Notes: generated by a model not told the origin, from the sequence alone. Positions 1-11,461 are shown, numbered from the stretch's first letter. The stretch: 64,000 nucleotides of DNA from Bacteroidota bacterium (GCA_030550275.1 JAUQPR010000003.1:69571-133570), one strand, 5' to 3'. Numbers and translations are program-made.

Positions 1-564
1 CTCATCTACGTCAACACGCGCAACATCCTCTTCATCTGCGGTGGGGCGTTCGAGGGGATTGAGCGGATCATCGCGCGCCGGCTCCGCCGCAATACCATCG
101 GCTTTACAGCAACGCCGAGCGCCGCCATTAACCCCGACGACACCTATGCCCTGCTCCGGCAAATCGAGCCAGACGACCTGCTCAAATTCGGCTTCATTCC
201 CGAGTTCATCGGGCGGCTGCCCGTGATTGCCCCGCTGCATCCGCTCGACGAGGCAGCACTGATGGAGATTCTGCAGCGCCCCAAAAACGCCCTGGTCAAG
301 CAGTACCAGAAGCTCTTCCTCATGGAGGGGGTGGAGCTGGTCTTCGAGCCGGAAGCCCTTCAGGCGATTGTCCGGCGGGCAATTGCGCGTGGGACCGGCG
401 CACGCGGGCTCCGCGCCATCATGGAGGAGGTCATGCTGCCGATTATGTTCGAGCTGCCCTCACACCCCGACGTTCGCCGCTGCGTCATCACTGCCGAGAC
501 GGTCGAGAAGGGCGCTCCCCCGCGGTACGAGCGCTACAGCAGCGACGAAGCCCTCTTCGGCTGA
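1..564 (+). CDS. clpX: ATP-dependent Clp protease ATP-binding subunit ClpX (5'-truncated by the window edge)
   Basis: Frame 1 from base 1 reads [19 protein letters not shown]...IGF...[17 protein letters not shown]...[12 protein letters not shown]...GTGARGLR, all typical of ClpX. Confidence 0.95.
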   Translation, partial: LIYVNTRNILFICGGAFEGIERIIARRLRRNTIGFTATPSAAINPDDTYALLRQIEPDDLLKFGFIPEFIGRLPVIAPLHPLDEAALMEILQRPKNALVKQYQKLFLMEGVELVFEPEALQAIVRRAIARGTGARGLRAIMEEVMLPIMFELPSHPDVRRCVITAETVEKGAPPRYERYSSDEALFG

Positions 565-568
565 AGCC

Positions 569-3500
569 CTACGGGGCATACCCGCGGAGCTCGTCGTCGT
601 TGTCCTCGCAGTGGTAAAGCCGGCGCCGCTGCTCCTTGGGAGCTGCGGGTGGTTCTCCTTGGCGCAGTGCCTGCAACGCGCGCTGCTCCAGCTGCTGCCG
701 GAGTTGGGCATCCCGCTGGCGAAGCTGCTCATCCCGCACGCGGTCAAAGTAGCAGCGCCCATCAACGTAGGTCTGTTCGACCACCGAGCGTGTCGAAAGC
801 GGTGGACCCGACCATAGCACGATATCGGCATCCTTGCCCACCTCGATGCTACCGACGCGATGGTCCACGCGCAGCATCCGCGCGGGATTGAGCGTTACGA
901 ACTTGAGCGCCTCCTCCTCGGAGATACCGCTGTAGCCGACGGACTTGCCCGCCTCCTGTGCCAGACGGCGCCCCATTTCGGCATCATCGCTGTTGATGGC
1001 AACCAGCACCCCCTGCTCGTGCATGATGGCGGGATTGTAGGGGATGGCGTCGTAGACCTCGAACTTGTACGCCCACCAATCGGAGAAGGTGGACGCACCA
1101 GCGCCGTGCCGTGCCAGCTCGCGCGCCACCTTGTAGCCTTCTAGTACATGGGTGAAGACGTTGACCCGGAAGCCGAACTGCTCCGCCAGGCGCATGAGCA
1201 TGAGGATCTCACTCTGCACGTACGAGTGGCAGTGGATGAGCCGTTTGCCCCGAAGGATCTCCAGCAGCGCCTCCAACTGCAGGTCGCGGCGCGGTGGGAT
1301 GCTCCGTTGGCGCTCCCGTTCGGGCAATGCCCGCCAGCGTTGCCATTCGGCTTCATACTCCAGCGCCGCCTGGAAGGCATCGCGCATGATCTCCTCCACG
1401 CCCAACCGCGTCTGCGGATAGCGCCGCGTGAAGCGGTCGCCCCAGTTGGATTGCTTGACATTCTCCCCCAACGCGAACTTGATGGTCGCCGGTGCGCCTT
1501 CGAACTTCAGCTCCTCCGGTTCAGCGCCCCACCGGAGCTTAATGAGCTGGCACTGCCCTCCGATGGGATTTGCCGAGCCGTGTAGCAGATGCGCTGCCGT
1601 CACCCCACCGGCGAGCTGGCGATAGATGTTGATGTCGTCGGGGTCGATGACATCCCCGATGCGCACCTCTGCCGTGACGGCATGGGTTCCCTCGTTGACT
1701 CCGCCTTCGATGGCGATGTGGGAGTGCTCATCGAGGATGCCTGGCGTCAGGTGCTTCCCCGTTGCGTCAATCACCGTATCGGCACTCTCCTTCAACCCAC
1801 GCCCGATAGCGGCAATCTTCCCCCCGCGGATGAGCACATCGGTGTTCTGCAGCACCCCTGCTGGCGAGCACGTCCACACCGTTGCATTCCGGAAGAGCAC
1901 AGCGCGCTGCGGCGGGGGCGACGGCAACCCGTACGGTCCGTTTGGAAAGACCAGCGGAGCAAGCGCGTACTCCCGCTGTGGCACCTCCGGCGGCGCGGGA
2001 GAGAACAGAGAATCCCGCCGTGCCTGCCAGGAGAGCGTGCGCCCATCGGGGAGGAGCAGCTGCCCGACCAGGAGGGAATCCCGCAGTTCGGCACTCCACC
2101 GTAGAACGCCGCTGATGCCCAAGCTATCCCCACTTGCCGTGAAGAGCAGCCGATTCCGCTGGAGCTGTACCGAGGCGCGCACCTGGGCTTGTCGGGCAAG
2201 CAGCGTCAGCTCCGGGGCGGAACGCTTGCCCGTGATGCGCAGCCGCAGCGTATCGAGCCCGGGAATGGCGGTGCTCCACACACCGCGCAGCTCCACCCGC
2301 ACGGTATCGCCGAGCGGAAACTCCTCTCCCGCCACGAAGATGCTCCGCAGCTCCGTCTCCGGGGCAAAGAGCTCCCCATCGCACAGGAGAAGGTTCGCCA
2401 GCTTGCCGGGCTCGATACTGCCCACGATATCGGACACACCGAGGAAGTCCGCCGGCTGGGTTGTCAGTGCTGCCAGGGCACGCTCCGGCGACAGCCCACG
2501 CCGTAGAGCTTTGCGCAAGCGCTCCCAGAAGGCGGAGCGCTCCTGCAGCCCGTGTGTTGTGAAGGCGAAGGGGATGCCCACCGAATCCAGCCAGAAGGGA
2601 TTCTGCGGAGCCGCGTCCCAATGGCGCAACTCCTCCAGCGACACCTCCAACGCCCGCTCCGGAGCCCTGACATCGGGGACATCGGGGAAGTTCACCGGTA
2701 GCAGAAGGCGCGGACGCAAGCGCTGCAGAACGGGCAGGCGACGGTACTCCCGTCCGCTCCCCACATAGAGCACCGGGAGTTGGAACTCCTGTAGGAGGCG
2801 AATCGCCCGCAGCAGCGTGCGCTCATTCTCGGCGTGGACCACAAAGGGGATGCCCTGCTGGAGCGCTGCAGCGAGCGCCTCCAAGGAGATATTGACCTCT
2901 GGGCGAGGCTGCCGCGGGTTGCGCCGATAGGCATCCCAAGCGCTGCGGTACCATTGGGCATCCAGGAGTGTCTGCCGCACCAGGGCAATCGCCCCCATGA
3001 GCGAACTGGGATACGGCGTACGGGAGTTGCCCTTGCGGAAGCCCAGCCACTGCGCCACACCCGCGCGGAGCACAATCGCCGGCGCAGTTCCCGCGCGCGC
3101 CAACACCAGCGCCGAACTTCCGCGGAAGATACCCTCCTCCGAGCCGACGTGCAGCACGGCAAAGCCCAAAGCACGGAACTGCTCTGCCTCGCGCTCCGAT
3201 AGCTCAAAGCGCTCCTCGATCCTGCGCTCCGGGCGCACCGCTTCGTTCCAATGCCGTGCCCCTTCCGGTGGCGGTGCAACGGGCTCATCCCACTCCCCGG
3301 GATTTGCAGTATCGCGCCGCCGCGCCACATATGGCTCCACAAACGCCGGATACACCCACAGCCCGGAGCAATCCCGCAGCGTCGCCCCCGGCGGGATCGG
3401 AATGCTCACCCCAACGGCTTCGATCCGCTCATCCCGAATGAGAACGGTCGCCCGCTCCAGCCGCTGCCCCGGTTTGGGCACCACCGTTGCGTTCGTCAGT

Positions 3501-3610
3501 GCAATGAGGCGCACGGGCTTCTCCCGAACCCCCTCACTGGGTGCCGTTCCCTTGAGCTGCGCCAGAAGCTCAAGGCTCAGCAGCAGAACTGCAGCTCCCC
3601 ATCGCCACAT
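569..3610 (-). CDS. Secreted tandem (two-domain) amidohydrolase family protein
   Basis: Signal-peptide-like start [13 protein letters not shown]. Two amidohydrolase repeats ([11 protein letters not shown] and [10 protein letters not shown]). The C-terminal half has [18 protein letters not shown] and INSDD motifs. Start moved to ATG 3610. Confidence 0.85.
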   Translation of the reverse strand: MWRWGAAVLLLSLELLAQLKGTAPSEGVREKPVRLIALTNATVVPKPGQRLERATVLIRDERIEAVGVSIPIPPGATLRDCSGLWVYPAFVEPYVARRRDTANPGEWDEPVAPPPEGARHWNEAVRPERRIEERFELSEREAEQFRALGFAVLHVGSEEGIFRGSSALVLARAGTAPAIVLRAGVAQWLGFRKGNSRTPYPSSLMGAIALVRQTLLDAQWYRSAWDAYRRNPRQPRPEVNISLEALAAALQQGIPFVVHAENERTLLRAIRLLQEFQLPVLYVGSGREYRRLPVLQRLRPRLLLPVNFPDVPDVRAPERALEVSLEELRHWDAAPQNPFWLDSVGIPFAFTTHGLQERSAFWERLRKALRRGLSPERALAALTTQPADFLGVSDIVGSIEPGKLANLLLCDGELFAPETELRSIFVAGEEFPLGDTVRVELRGVWSTAIPGLDTLRLRITGKRSAPELTLLARQAQVRASVQLQRNRLLFTASGDSLGISGVLRWSAELRDSLLVGQLLLPDGRTLSWQARRDSLFSPAPPEVPQREYALAPLVFPNGPYGLPSPPPQRAVLFRNATVWTCSPAGVLQNTDVLIRGGKIAAIGRGLKESADTVIDATGKHLTPGILDEHSHIAIEGGVNEGTHAVTAEVRIGDVIDPDDINIYRQLAGGVTAAHLLHGSANPIGGQCQLIKLRWGAEPEELKFEGAPATIKFALGENVKQSNWGDRFTRRYPQTRLGVEEIMRDAFQAALEYEAEWQRWRALPERERQRSIPPRRDLQLEALLEILRGKRLIHCHSYVQSEILMLMRLAEQFGFRVNVFTHVLEGYKVARELARHGAGASTFSDWWAYKFEVYDAIPYNPAIMHEQGVLVAINSDDAEMGRRLAQEAGKSVGYSGISEEEALKFVTLNPARMLRVDHRVGSIEVGKDADIVLWSGPPLSTRSVVEQTYVDGRCYFDRVRDEQLRQRDAQLRQQLEQRALQALRQGEPPAAPKEQRRRLYHCEDNDDELRGYAP

Positions 3611-3641
3611 CAGGCAGCCCGACCACTGTACTACGAGCCCA

Positions 3642-3686
3642 CAAAAATAGGGCATCCTGCCGGCTGCGGCAAAACTTGTAGCTTTG
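3642..3686. promoter_or_regulatory. Divergent pair of TAnnTTTG (-7) promoter elements
   Basis: TATTTTTG on the minus strand (3642-3649) faces the amidohydrolase. TAGCTTTG on the plus strand (3679-3686) faces metK. Confidence 0.6.
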
Positions 3687-3727
3687 CGACTTGTGCGAAG
3701 TGTTCCGTCAGCTCTTGCCAACGGGAG

Positions 3728-4888
3728 ATGCGTACGTACCTTTTTACGTCCGAGTCCGTCTCCGAAGGGCACCCGGACAAGCTCTGCGACCAGGTCTCCG
3801 ATGCAGTGCTGGATGCCGTGCTGGAGCAGGATCCTCAGGGGCGCGTTGCGTGCGAGTGCTTCGTGACAACGGGGCTGATCGTCGTCGGTGGCGAGCTCAA
3901 CACCACGGCGCATCTGGACCTGCCGCCCCTGGTGCGCTCGGTCATTCGCGATATCGGCTACACCAGCCCGGCATATCGCTTCGACAGCGAATCCTGCTGC
4001 GTGCTCAACGTGCTCAACCGCCAATCCCCCGACATCGCTTTGGGAGTGGACCGAGGCGGTGCTGGCGACCAAGGGCTTATGTTCGGGTACGCCTGCCGCG
4101 AAACCCCTGAGCTGATGCCGCTCCCGATCATGCTGGCGCATGCCCTGGTCCGCCGTCTGGCGCAGTTGCGCAAAACACAGCCCTCCCCGATGCCCTACCT
4201 GCGCCCGGATGCAAAATCCCAGGTCACCGTCGAGTACGCCGAGAGCGGGGAGCCCCTACGCGTGGCTGCCGTGGTGGTCTCCACCCAGCACGACCCCGAT
4301 GTGGACCAGGAGCAGTTGCGCCGCGATGTCATCGAGCATGTCATCCGTGCAGTTATCCCCGCTGAGCTGCTCGACGAGCGCACGCGCATGTACATCAACC
4401 CCACCGGGCGATTCGAGATCGGGGGTCCGCACGGGGATACTGGGCTGACGGGGCGCAAGATTATCGTGGACACCTACGGCGGGCGTGCTCCGCATGGTGG
4501 TGGGGCATTTTCGGGCAAGGACCCCACGAAGGTGGACCGCTCGGCAGCCTACATGGCGCGCTACCTTGCCAAGAACATCGTCGCGGCAGGATTGGCTCGG
4601 GAGTGCACCGTGCAGCTCTCCTATGCCATCGGCATTGCCGAGCCCATCTCGCTTCACGTCAACACCCATTGTAGTGGGACCGTCCCACCGCAGGAGTTGG
4701 AGCACTTCATCCGCACGCACATTGACCTGACTCCGACGGGCATCATCGAGCGCTTCCAACTCCGGCGTCCCATCTACCGCCCAACGGCTGCGTACGGACA
4801 CTTCGGTCGCGCGGAGTTCCCCTGGGAGCAGTTGGACCTGGTGGAGGAGCTCCGCCGCTACTTTGGCACGCATGTTCCACAGTCGTGA
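3728..4888 (+). CDS. metK: S-adenosylmethionine synthetase
   Basis: [35 protein letters not shown] and TAAYGHFGR signatures. Confidence 0.98.
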   Translation: MRTYLFTSESVSEGHPDKLCDQVSDAVLDAVLEQDPQGRVACECFVTTGLIVVGGELNTTAHLDLPPLVRSVIRDIGYTSPAYRFDSESCCVLNVLNRQSPDIALGVDRGGAGDQGLMFGYACRETPELMPLPIMLAHALVRRLAQLRKTQPSPMPYLRPDAKSQVTVEYAESGEPLRVAAVVVSTQHDPDVDQEQLRRDVIEHVIRAVIPAELLDERTRMYINPTGRFEIGGPHGDTGLTGRKIIVDTYGGRAPHGGGAFSGKDPTKVDRSAAYMARYLAKNIVAAGLARECTVQLSYAIGIAEPISLHVNTHCSGTVPPQELEHFIRTHIDLTPTGIIERFQLRRPIYRPTAAYGHFGRAEFPWEQLDLVEELRRYFGTHVPQS

Positions 4889-4895
4889 GCTGAGC

Positions 4896-6203
4896 ATGTC
4901 TATCCCTCCGCGCCGCTCCACCGAGCCGCTCGATGAGCGTCCGGGGCAGTACTGTATCCGCAGCCTTGCGCTGGCTCCCGAAGGGTACAAGCTCATCGAA
5001 TGGGCAGAAGCCCATATGCCTGTGCTCATGGAGCTGCGGCGCCGCTACTCGCAGAGCAAGCCCTTTGCCGGCTACCGCATCGCCGGCTGCCTGCACGTGA
5101 CAAAGGAGACAGCTGTGCTCATCCGCACCTTCGTTGCTGCCGGAGCGGAGGTTGCGTGGTCAGGCTGCAACCCACTTTCGACCAATGACGCCGTTGCCGC
5201 CGCATTGGCTGCCGAGGGCATCCGCATCTTCGCCTGGCAGGGGAACCTGGAGGACTTCTACTGGTGCATCGAGCGCACGCTGGATATCGAACCGCATCTG
5301 ACGTTGGATGACGGCGCCGACCTCATCACCACCGTCCACGAGAAGTACCCAGAGCTGGCGCAGCGCATCATCGGGGGAACGGAGGAGACCACCACCGGCG
5401 TTATCCGCCTCCGTGCGCGTGCGCGGCAGGGCAAGCTGCTCTACCCCGTCATCGCCGTCAACGACGCTGAGACCAAGTGGGATTTCGACAATGTCTACGG
5501 CACTGGGCAATCCACCATTGACGGCATCCTCCGGGCAACCTCGGTGATGCTTGCGGGCAAGGTATTCGTCGTTGCTGGCTACGGACATTGCGGCTCCGGC
5601 GTTGCGCGCCGCGCGCGCGGGATGGGCGCTCGTGTCATCGTCACCGAGGTCCGCCCAATCGCTGCCCTCAAAGCCGTCCTGGAGGGCTACGAAGTGCTCC
5701 CCATGGACGAAGCCGCCCGCATCGGGGACATCTTCTGCACCGCGACCGGCATGCGCGATGTCCTCCGCCGCCACCACTTCGAGCTCATGAAGGACGGGGC
5801 GATCCTGTGCAACACCGGGCACTACGACGTTGAAATCAACCTGCAGGAGCTCGAAGAGCTCACGCTTCGCAAGCGCGAAATCCGCCCGCACTGCACCGAG
5901 CACACGCTGCGCAATGGCAAGCGGCTGTATGTGCTGGCACAAGGGCGGCTGGTCAATCTCGCTGCCGCCGAAGGGCACCCCTCCGAGGTCATGGACATGT
6001 CCTTTGCGAACCAGTTCCTGGCGCACCTGCGGCTGGTCGAAGCCCATCAGCGTGGAGAGACTCTGCCGCGCGAGGTGCTGCCCATCCCCAGCGAGCAGGA
6101 TGAGCTCATCGCCCGAATGAAGCTGGAGACTATGGGCATCCGCATTGACGAGCTCACCCCAGAGCAGCGACAGTACCTGGACGAATACCTGGCAGGAACG
6201 TAA
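4896..6203 (+). CDS. ahcY: Adenosylhomocysteinase (SAH hydrolase)
   Basis: GCLHVTKET, CNPLST, LDDGAD, EETTTG, FDNVYGTGQS, GYGHCG, GRLVNL and GHPSEVMDMSF motifs. Confidence 0.97.
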   Translation: MSIPPRRSTEPLDERPGQYCIRSLALAPEGYKLIEWAEAHMPVLMELRRRYSQSKPFAGYRIAGCLHVTKETAVLIRTFVAAGAEVAWSGCNPLSTNDAVAAALAAEGIRIFAWQGNLEDFYWCIERTLDIEPHLTLDDGADLITTVHEKYPELAQRIIGGTEETTTGVIRLRARARQGKLLYPVIAVNDAETKWDFDNVYGTGQSTIDGILRATSVMLAGKVFVVAGYGHCGSGVARRARGMGARVIVTEVRPIAALKAVLEGYEVLPMDEAARIGDIFCTATGMRDVLRRHHFELMKDGAILCNTGHYDVEINLQELEELTLRKREIRPHCTEHTLRNGKRLYVLAQGRLVNLAAAEGHPSEVMDMSFANQFLAHLRLVEAHQRGETLPREVLPIPSEQDELIARMKLETMGIRIDELTPEQRQYLDEYLAGT

Positions 6204-6204
6204 G

Positions 6205-7098
6205 CTACAGCCCCGCCTCGCTCCGGCGATACGCCAGGGCACCCGGGAAATGTACCAGTTGCAGCCGCGCGTCCATCCCGGTCAAGGTCTCCGTGCCGCC
6301 GACGAAGAGATATCCTCCCGGCACCAGGGCATCCACCAAGGACTGAACCACACGGCGCCGCACGTCCGGGGCAAAGTAGAGCAGCACATTGCGGCACAGG
6401 ATTACGCCCATCGGCGCCATCTGATGGACCGCATCGGTATTGACCAGATTCAGCACGCCGAAGCGCACCCGCTGCCGAAGCTCTGGAATCACCTCCAGCT
6501 CCGGACCGTAGCGCACGACGTAGGGCTCGTACTCGGCGGGGATCCGCACCGTTGCCGCCGGATAGCGCCCACGCTGTGCCTGTGTAATGGCATCGGTGCT
6601 AACGTCCGTGCCCCAGAGCTCGAGCTGCTCTGAGAGCATCCCGTACCGGTGGAGCACCATTGCCAGCGAATAGGGCTCCTCGCCTGCTGCACAGCCGGCA
6701 CTCCAGAGGCGCAGCGGTAGTCCACTGCGCTGCAGTTCCGGCACAATCGTTCGCGCGATCGCTTCGAAGTGCTCCGGGGTGCGGAAGAAGGCGCTCTCCA
6801 AGACCACAATCGCGTTGAGCATCTCCTGCTGCTCGCGCAGCGCTGCTGCGTCGGTGCCGGTGACGTAGCGCAGGTACTCCTCAAAGCGCTGCAGCCCCAG
6901 CGCCCGCAGGCGGCGCGCCAACCGCGCCTTGAGGAAGTACTGCCGGTTGTCGGCAATCCACACGCCGCTGAGCTGGTAGATAAACTGCCGCAGCTGCAAA
7001 AACGTGCTCTGCCCCAGCGGGGGCTCCTCCTTCGCTGCTTCAGCAAAGGGGACGAAGGCTTCCGGAGGCGTGAATCGAAGCATCGCCCATACCTGCAT
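6205..7098 (-). CDS. cheR: CheR-type protein-glutamate O-methyltransferase
   Basis: LRLWSAGCAAGEEPYSLAM, GTDVS, ILCRNVLLYF and GGYLFVGGTE motifs. Confidence 0.9.
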   Translation of the reverse strand: MQVWAMLRFTPPEAFVPFAEAAKEEPPLGQSTFLQLRQFIYQLSGVWIADNRQYFLKARLARRLRALGLQRFEEYLRYVTGTDAAALREQQEMLNAIVVLESAFFRTPEHFEAIARTIVPELQRSGLPLRLWSAGCAAGEEPYSLAMVLHRYGMLSEQLELWGTDVSTDAITQAQRGRYPAATVRIPAEYEPYVVRYGPELEVIPELRQRVRFGVLNLVNTDAVHQMAPMGVILCRNVLLYFAPDVRRRVVQSLVDALVPGGYLFVGGTETLTGMDARLQLVHFPGALAYRRSEAGL

Positions 7099-7107
7099 TG
7101 CCGTGCC

Positions 7108-8004
7108 CTACTGCGCTGTGGGTTCACCCTCGGAAGTATCGGCGTCCGCCAGAGATTCTAAAACGATCCGCATGCCATCGCTGGAGAAGCGCACCCCGAC
7201 AAGGTCCGAGGGCACCTGGTAGACGTTGCCCCGAATGGCAATGATGGTCTCGGCGGGGACCAGCTCGCGCACCTCGATGCGTGCCCGGCGGCTCCCCACA
7301 CCGTAGTAGCGCTGTTCCAATTCGTGGAGCCACTGCTGAAGCCGCTCATGCTCCCTCTGCAGCGTCCGCAGCCGCTCCTCCGCCTGCGCATATCGCCGAA
7401 GCGCCATACACTCCTCCAGCTGTCCCTGCAGAGTACGGAGCTGCTGGCGCACCTGCTGAAGCTGCTGCTTCCAGTACTCCTGCTCGAGTTGCTGCACATA
7501 GGGCAGTCCAACCGAGAGCACGGGCGCGTGCGCCCCAAAGGCACCGCGAAGCTGCCACAAGCGAATCGTCTCGGCTGCCACGACCTGCCCACCGTAGAGC
7601 ACCGCCTGCTCCGCCTCGACCCGAAAGGCGTGCAACACGCTCATGCGGGCTTCCACCGCCAAGCGCAACGTCCCGCGCACCACCACCTGCGAATGGATTG
7701 CCGAATGCAGCTCCGCATCCCCAAGCGCAACGATGCTCGAGCGCGAGCACCAGCCCGCAATCCGCACATTGCCGTGCACCAGAAGCTGGCAGTTGAGAAC
7801 GTCGCCGTCGCAGACGAGATCGCCCTCAACTTCGGCAGCAAGGTTCTCCAGCGAGGTCTCCACGTGCAGCTCCCCCGAGTGGAGCACCCCAAAGGCGTGC
7901 GCGGCATCCCCGGAGGGTTGGGGCTCCTCCTGGAGAACCTCCGCGCGGAGATGCTTCCACAGCAGCGCCTGCAAGCGCCGAGCAAGTTCAGAGGGGAGTT
8001 CCAT
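7108..8004 (-). CDS. FapA/DUF342-like protein (beta-helix plus coiled coil)
   Basis: Short repeated beta-strands (VEGDLVCDGDV, VHGNVRIAG, LYGGQVVA), a Q/E/L-rich coiled coil and a C-terminal IEVRELVPAETIIAI segment resemble the DUF342 C-terminal region. Confidence 0.6.
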   Translation of the reverse strand: MELPSELARRLQALLWKHLRAEVLQEEPQPSGDAAHAFGVLHSGELHVETSLENLAAEVEGDLVCDGDVLNCQLLVHGNVRIAGWCSRSSIVALGDAELHSAIHSQVVVRGTLRLAVEARMSVLHAFRVEAEQAVLYGGQVVAAETIRLWQLRGAFGAHAPVLSVGLPYVQQLEQEYWKQQLQQVRQQLRTLQGQLEECMALRRYAQAEERLRTLQREHERLQQWLHELEQRYYGVGSRRARIEVRELVPAETIIAIRGNVYQVPSDLVGVRFSSDGMRIVLESLADADTSEGEPTAQ

Positions 8005-9471
8005 CTACCGAGGTCGGAATTCCGACGGTTTGATGCCGTACTGCTTCAGCTTGTACTGGAAGGTCTGCCGAGAGAGCTGCAACAGTTGCGCTGCGCGCGA
8101 GACATTCCCCTGCGTCAGCGCAAGGGTTTGGCGGAAGAGGTCGCTCACCACCGCGTGGTATGGTGCTCCCTCCTCCGATAGGCAGAGCAGATGCTGCCCT
8201 GGGGGTAGCCGCAGCATCGCCAGCGTTGGCAACGCTGCTCCCTTCCGTGGGGAGTCCGCCTCTTCGGCACGCGCCCGAAGGAAGCTCAAGCTCTCGTGGG
8301 TGATGACCTCACCCTGTTCGAGCAACACCGCCCGTTCGATCGCATTGCGCAGCTCCCGGACATTCCCCCGCCACGGGTACGACAGCAGCAGCGTGACCGC
8401 CTCCGGCGTAAACCCTGTGATGCGCTTGTTGAAGCGGCGATTGAACTCGTTGACAAACGCGGTCGCCAGGGGTAGGATATCCTCCGGGCGCTCCCGCAAC
8501 GGCGGAATGTGGATGACAGCAACGTTGAGCCGGTAGTAGAGGTCCTCTCGGAACTTCCCCTCGCGCACCATCTGCTCCAGGTCGCGGTTGGTGGCTGCGA
8601 TGACTCGGACGTCAACGTGCACCTCCTCGCGCCCGCCCAATCGGTAGAAGCTGCGCTCCTGCAGCACTCGCAGCAGCTTGACCTGCAGCTCCAGCGGCAG
8701 CTCTGAGATCTCATCCAGGAACAGCGTCCCGCGGTCTGCCTGCTCGAACTTGCCCGGGTGGAGTTTTTCAAAGGCTCCGGTGAAGGCACCGCGCTCGTAG
8801 CCGAAGAGCTCGCTTTCGGCAAGTTCACGCGGGATTGCGCCACAGTTGATCACCACAAAGGGTCCGGAAGCGCGCGGGGAGTTCCGGTGGATGAAGCGCG
8901 CAAACAGCTCCTTGCCCGTGCCCGTCTCGCCCGTGATGAGCACCGTCGTATCCACAGGAGCGAAGAGCTTCGCCTGGCTGAGCGCCGAACGGAGGCTCTC
9001 CGAGACGGCAACGATATCGTAGGGATGCTCCAGGCGGAGCTGCTCCTCCAGCAGTTGAGCGTGGCGGCGCAGATCGTAGTTGCGCAGCGCGCGCTCCAGG
9101 ATCAGCTCCAACTGCTCCAGGTCTATGGGCTTGACGATGAAATCCTCCGCCCCCAGCTTCATCGCCCGCACCGCCATTTTGACGTCGGAGAAGGCGGTGA
9201 TGACCACCACAGGGGCTTTGAAGCCCTCTGTGCGGAGCTGCTCGAGCACATCCAAGCCGTTGCGCTCCCCCAGGAAGATGTCCAGCAGCACCAAGTCCGG
9301 GCGCAGCCGAGGCAGCTCCGCCAGCGCCGTCAAGGCATCCGGAATCCAGTAGACCCGGCGATAGCGCAGCTGGAGGTAGTTCTCCAGGGAGGCGCCCACG
9401 GTAGGGTCGTCCTCGATGATGAGAATCGTGTAGTTAGCCACGCCTGTCTGCGCAAGGGTCTCCGGCGGCAT
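8005..9471 (-). CDS. Sigma54-dependent response regulator (REC-AAA+-HTH, NtrC/FleR type)
   Basis: Receiver domain (IIEDD, LLDIFL, FIVKP), Walker [21 protein letters not shown] and FREDLYYRL motifs, and a C-terminal Fis-type HTH. Confidence 0.93.
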   Translation of the reverse strand: MPPETLAQTGVANYTILIIEDDPTVGASLENYLQLRYRRVYWIPDALTALAELPRLRPDLVLLDIFLGERNGLDVLEQLRTEGFKAPVVVITAFSDVKMAVRAMKLGAEDFIVKPIDLEQLELILERALRNYDLRRHAQLLEEQLRLEHPYDIVAVSESLRSALSQAKLFAPVDTTVLITGETGTGKELFARFIHRNSPRASGPFVVINCGAIPRELAESELFGYERGAFTGAFEKLHPGKFEQADRGTLFLDEISELPLELQVKLLRVLQERSFYRLGGREEVHVDVRVIAATNRDLEQMVREGKFREDLYYRLNVAVIHIPPLRERPEDILPLATAFVNEFNRRFNKRITGFTPEAVTLLLSYPWRGNVRELRNAIERAVLLEQGEVITHESLSFLRARAEEADSPRKGAALPTLAMLRLPPGQHLLCLSEEGAPYHAVVSDLFRQTLALTQGNVSRAAQLLQLSRQTFQYKLKQYGIKPSEFRPR

Positions 9472-10525
9472 CTTCGTTGCCTGCGATCGGCAGTCGGACA
9501 ATACACCTGGTGCCAAGACCGGGGGTGCTCTGGATGAGCAACTGCCCGCGGTGTTGTGCAATGATACGGCGAGCAATCGGAAGTCCCAGCCCCGTGCCGT
9601 TTGCCTTGCGCGTGAAGAAGGGCTCGAATATGCGCTCCAACTCCTCCGGGGCAATCCCCACACCGTTATCCTCGATGGTGATGACGACCATCGGGGGCTC
9701 CTCTGCCGTATCCAGCTCCGTGTGCAAGCGGATGGTGCCGCGCTCAGGGATGGCGTCGGCAGCGTTCGTCAGCAAGTTGACAATCGCCTGCTGCAACTGC
9801 CGAGCATCGGCGTAGATGGGCGGAAGCTCCGGAGCATAGTCCCGCTGGAGCTGAATGCTCTTGCGGTAGAACAGCGTCTGCAGCAACTGAATTGCTTGCT
9901 CCAACAGCTCGTGGACATCCTGGCGGCAGATACACTGTCCGGAACTGCGGGCAAAGGAGAGCGTGGAATCTACCAGCTCCCCAATCCGGCGTGCTCCGGT
10001 CAATGCCAATTCCGCCGCGGTGCGCTCTGGGGAATTCTCCGGCAGAGCTTGCCGGAGAAGCTGCAAATTGAGCTGGATAGCCGACAGCGGGTTGCGAATC
10101 TCGTGCACAATCCCGGCAAGGAGCTGCCCCAGCAGCGCGAGTTTGTCCGTGAGCACCAGCCGCTCAGCAATGAGCTGTGCATCGGTCTCCTCCAGCAGAG
10201 TTGCCCAGAGGTAGTGCTGCTGCTCATGGGCAAAGAGCCGTGCCCGTACCTCAAGTGTCGCGGTGGCGCCGTTGGGTAAGCCGATATGGAGCTCCGTGCG
10301 CACCGCGCTGGTGGGCTCGCGTTGGAGCAATCGGTACACTCGGCGGAACTCCGGCAGGGCAGCATGCTGCAACTCCTCCGGCGTAAGCTGCAGTAGCTCT
10401 GCGGCGCGCTCGGAGTACTCCACCACACGCCACTGCTGCGTCTCCAACACCAGCCAACCATGCACTGCATTGCGCAGCAGGGCACGGTACCACTCGGCTA
10501 CCCGAAGCGTTGCAGGCGGTGTCAT
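9434..10525 (-). CDS. Cytoplasmic PAS-like sensor histidine kinase
   Basis: H-box GIVHEIRNPL, N-box NLLTNAADA, G boxes DNGVGI and GTGLGL, and FEPFFT. No TM segment is evident. Start moved to ATG 10525. Confidence 0.9.
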   Translation of the reverse strand: MTPPATLRVAEWYRALLRNAVHGWLVLETQQWRVVEYSERAAELLQLTPEELQHAALPEFRRVYRLLQREPTSAVRTELHIGLPNGATATLEVRARLFAHEQQHYLWATLLEETDAQLIAERLVLTDKLALLGQLLAGIVHEIRNPLSAIQLNLQLLRQALPENSPERTAAELALTGARRIGELVDSTLSFARSSGQCICRQDVHELLEQAIQLLQTLFYRKSIQLQRDYAPELPPIYADARQLQQAIVNLLTNAADAIPERGTIRLHTELDTAEEPPMVVITIEDNGVGIAPEELERIFEPFFTRKANGTGLGLPIARRIIAQHRGQLLIQSTPGLGTRCIVRLPIAGNEDAAGDPCADRRG

Positions 10526-11436
10526 TGCTGCATTCGCCGGCGCTTGGACAGATACTGCAGCAGCGCCCGATCGAAGGGCGTCTCGGTGGTCAAGAGAGCG
10601 AAATCCGCCCCGTGCTCTGCACAGCCGTACCGCAGCATCCGCTGATGCTCCGCGACCGCCTCCTGGTATGCCCGACGGATGAAGTAGGGGTGCGTTGCCA
10701 GGCGTTCGCCGGTCTCCACATCGCGGAACTCTGCAGCACTGTCGTAGGCGAAGGAGAGCTCCACCGGATCGAGCACCTGCAGGAGGATTACCTCGTGATG
10801 CTGTCCGCGGAGGCGCCGCACCGCGCGCAGCAGTGGCTCCACAGGCTCGAGGAGATCGCCGATGAGCACCACCAGGCTCCGCCGCCGCAGCCGCTCGGCA
10901 ACCATCTCCAACGCACCCGCACTCTGCGTCTGCCCACTGGGGCGATGCTGCTCCAATGCCCGCACAAGCTCGCCAAAGTAGGAGAACCGGGCGCTGGGAG
11001 GGCGATAGAGCCGAGGCTCTGCGTCGTAGAGCAGAAGCCCAACAGCATCCTTCTGCCGCAGCAGCAGATACCCCAGCGCTGCCGTCAGGACGGCAGCATA
11101 GTCCCATTTTGCCCACACCCCCTGTCCCTGGAATCCCATCGAGGCGCTGCCATCGAGCACCAGCATCACACGCACGTTGGTCTCCTCCTCGAACTGCTTG
11201 ACGTAGAAGCGCTCCGTGCGTGCGTACACGCGCCAATCAATCAGGCGCGGCTCATCCCCGGGTTGGTACTGGCGATGCTCGGCGAACTCAACACTGTAGC
11301 CGTGAAACGGCGACCGATGCAGCCCAACCAGAAAGCCCTCCACTACCGCCCGGGCCCGCAGCTCCAGCGATTGGAGCCGTGCCAGCACCTCCGGTCGCAA
11401 CTGCTCTCGCCACGCTGCGTCCTGCACCAGTGCCAT
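10522..11436 (-). CDS. DUF58 domain protein (MoxR-associated, VWA-like)
   Basis: GLHRSPFHGYSVEFAEHRQYQPGDE, IDWRVYART and KQFEEETN...LDGSASM. Confidence 0.9.
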   Translation of the reverse strand: MALVQDAAWREQLRPEVLARLQSLELRARAVVEGFLVGLHRSPFHGYSVEFAEHRQYQPGDEPRLIDWRVYARTERFYVKQFEEETNVRVMLVLDGSASMGFQGQGVWAKWDYAAVLTAALGYLLLRQKDAVGLLLYDAEPRLYRPPSARFSYFGELVRALEQHRPSGQTQSAGALEMVAERLRRRSLVVLIGDLLEPVEPLLRAVRRLRGQHHEVILLQVLDPVELSFAYDSAAEFRDVETGERLATHPYFIRRAYQEAVAEHQRMLRYGCAEHGADFALLTTETPFDRALLQYLSKRRRMQQ

Positions 11437-11461
11437 CGCCTCAGACCCTCAAACACACCCC

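Noticed and set aside
3611..3727. Possible SAM riboswitch upstream of metK
   Set aside because: The gap is short and taken up by two divergent promoter motifs. No SAM-I or SAM-II core sequence was recognised.
3251..3727. Long N-terminal extensions in the ORF track (metK, amidohydrolase, kinases, tkt-N, CCA enzyme, mgtE)
   Set aside because: The extensions overlap neighbouring genes or promoter motifs, and family motifs begin at the downstream starts used here.
4863..4879. Sigma54-like TTGGCACG-CATG-TTCCA upstream of ahcY
   Set aside because: The conserved -12 GC is replaced by CC, the site lies inside metK coding sequence, and ahcY looks co-transcribed with metK.
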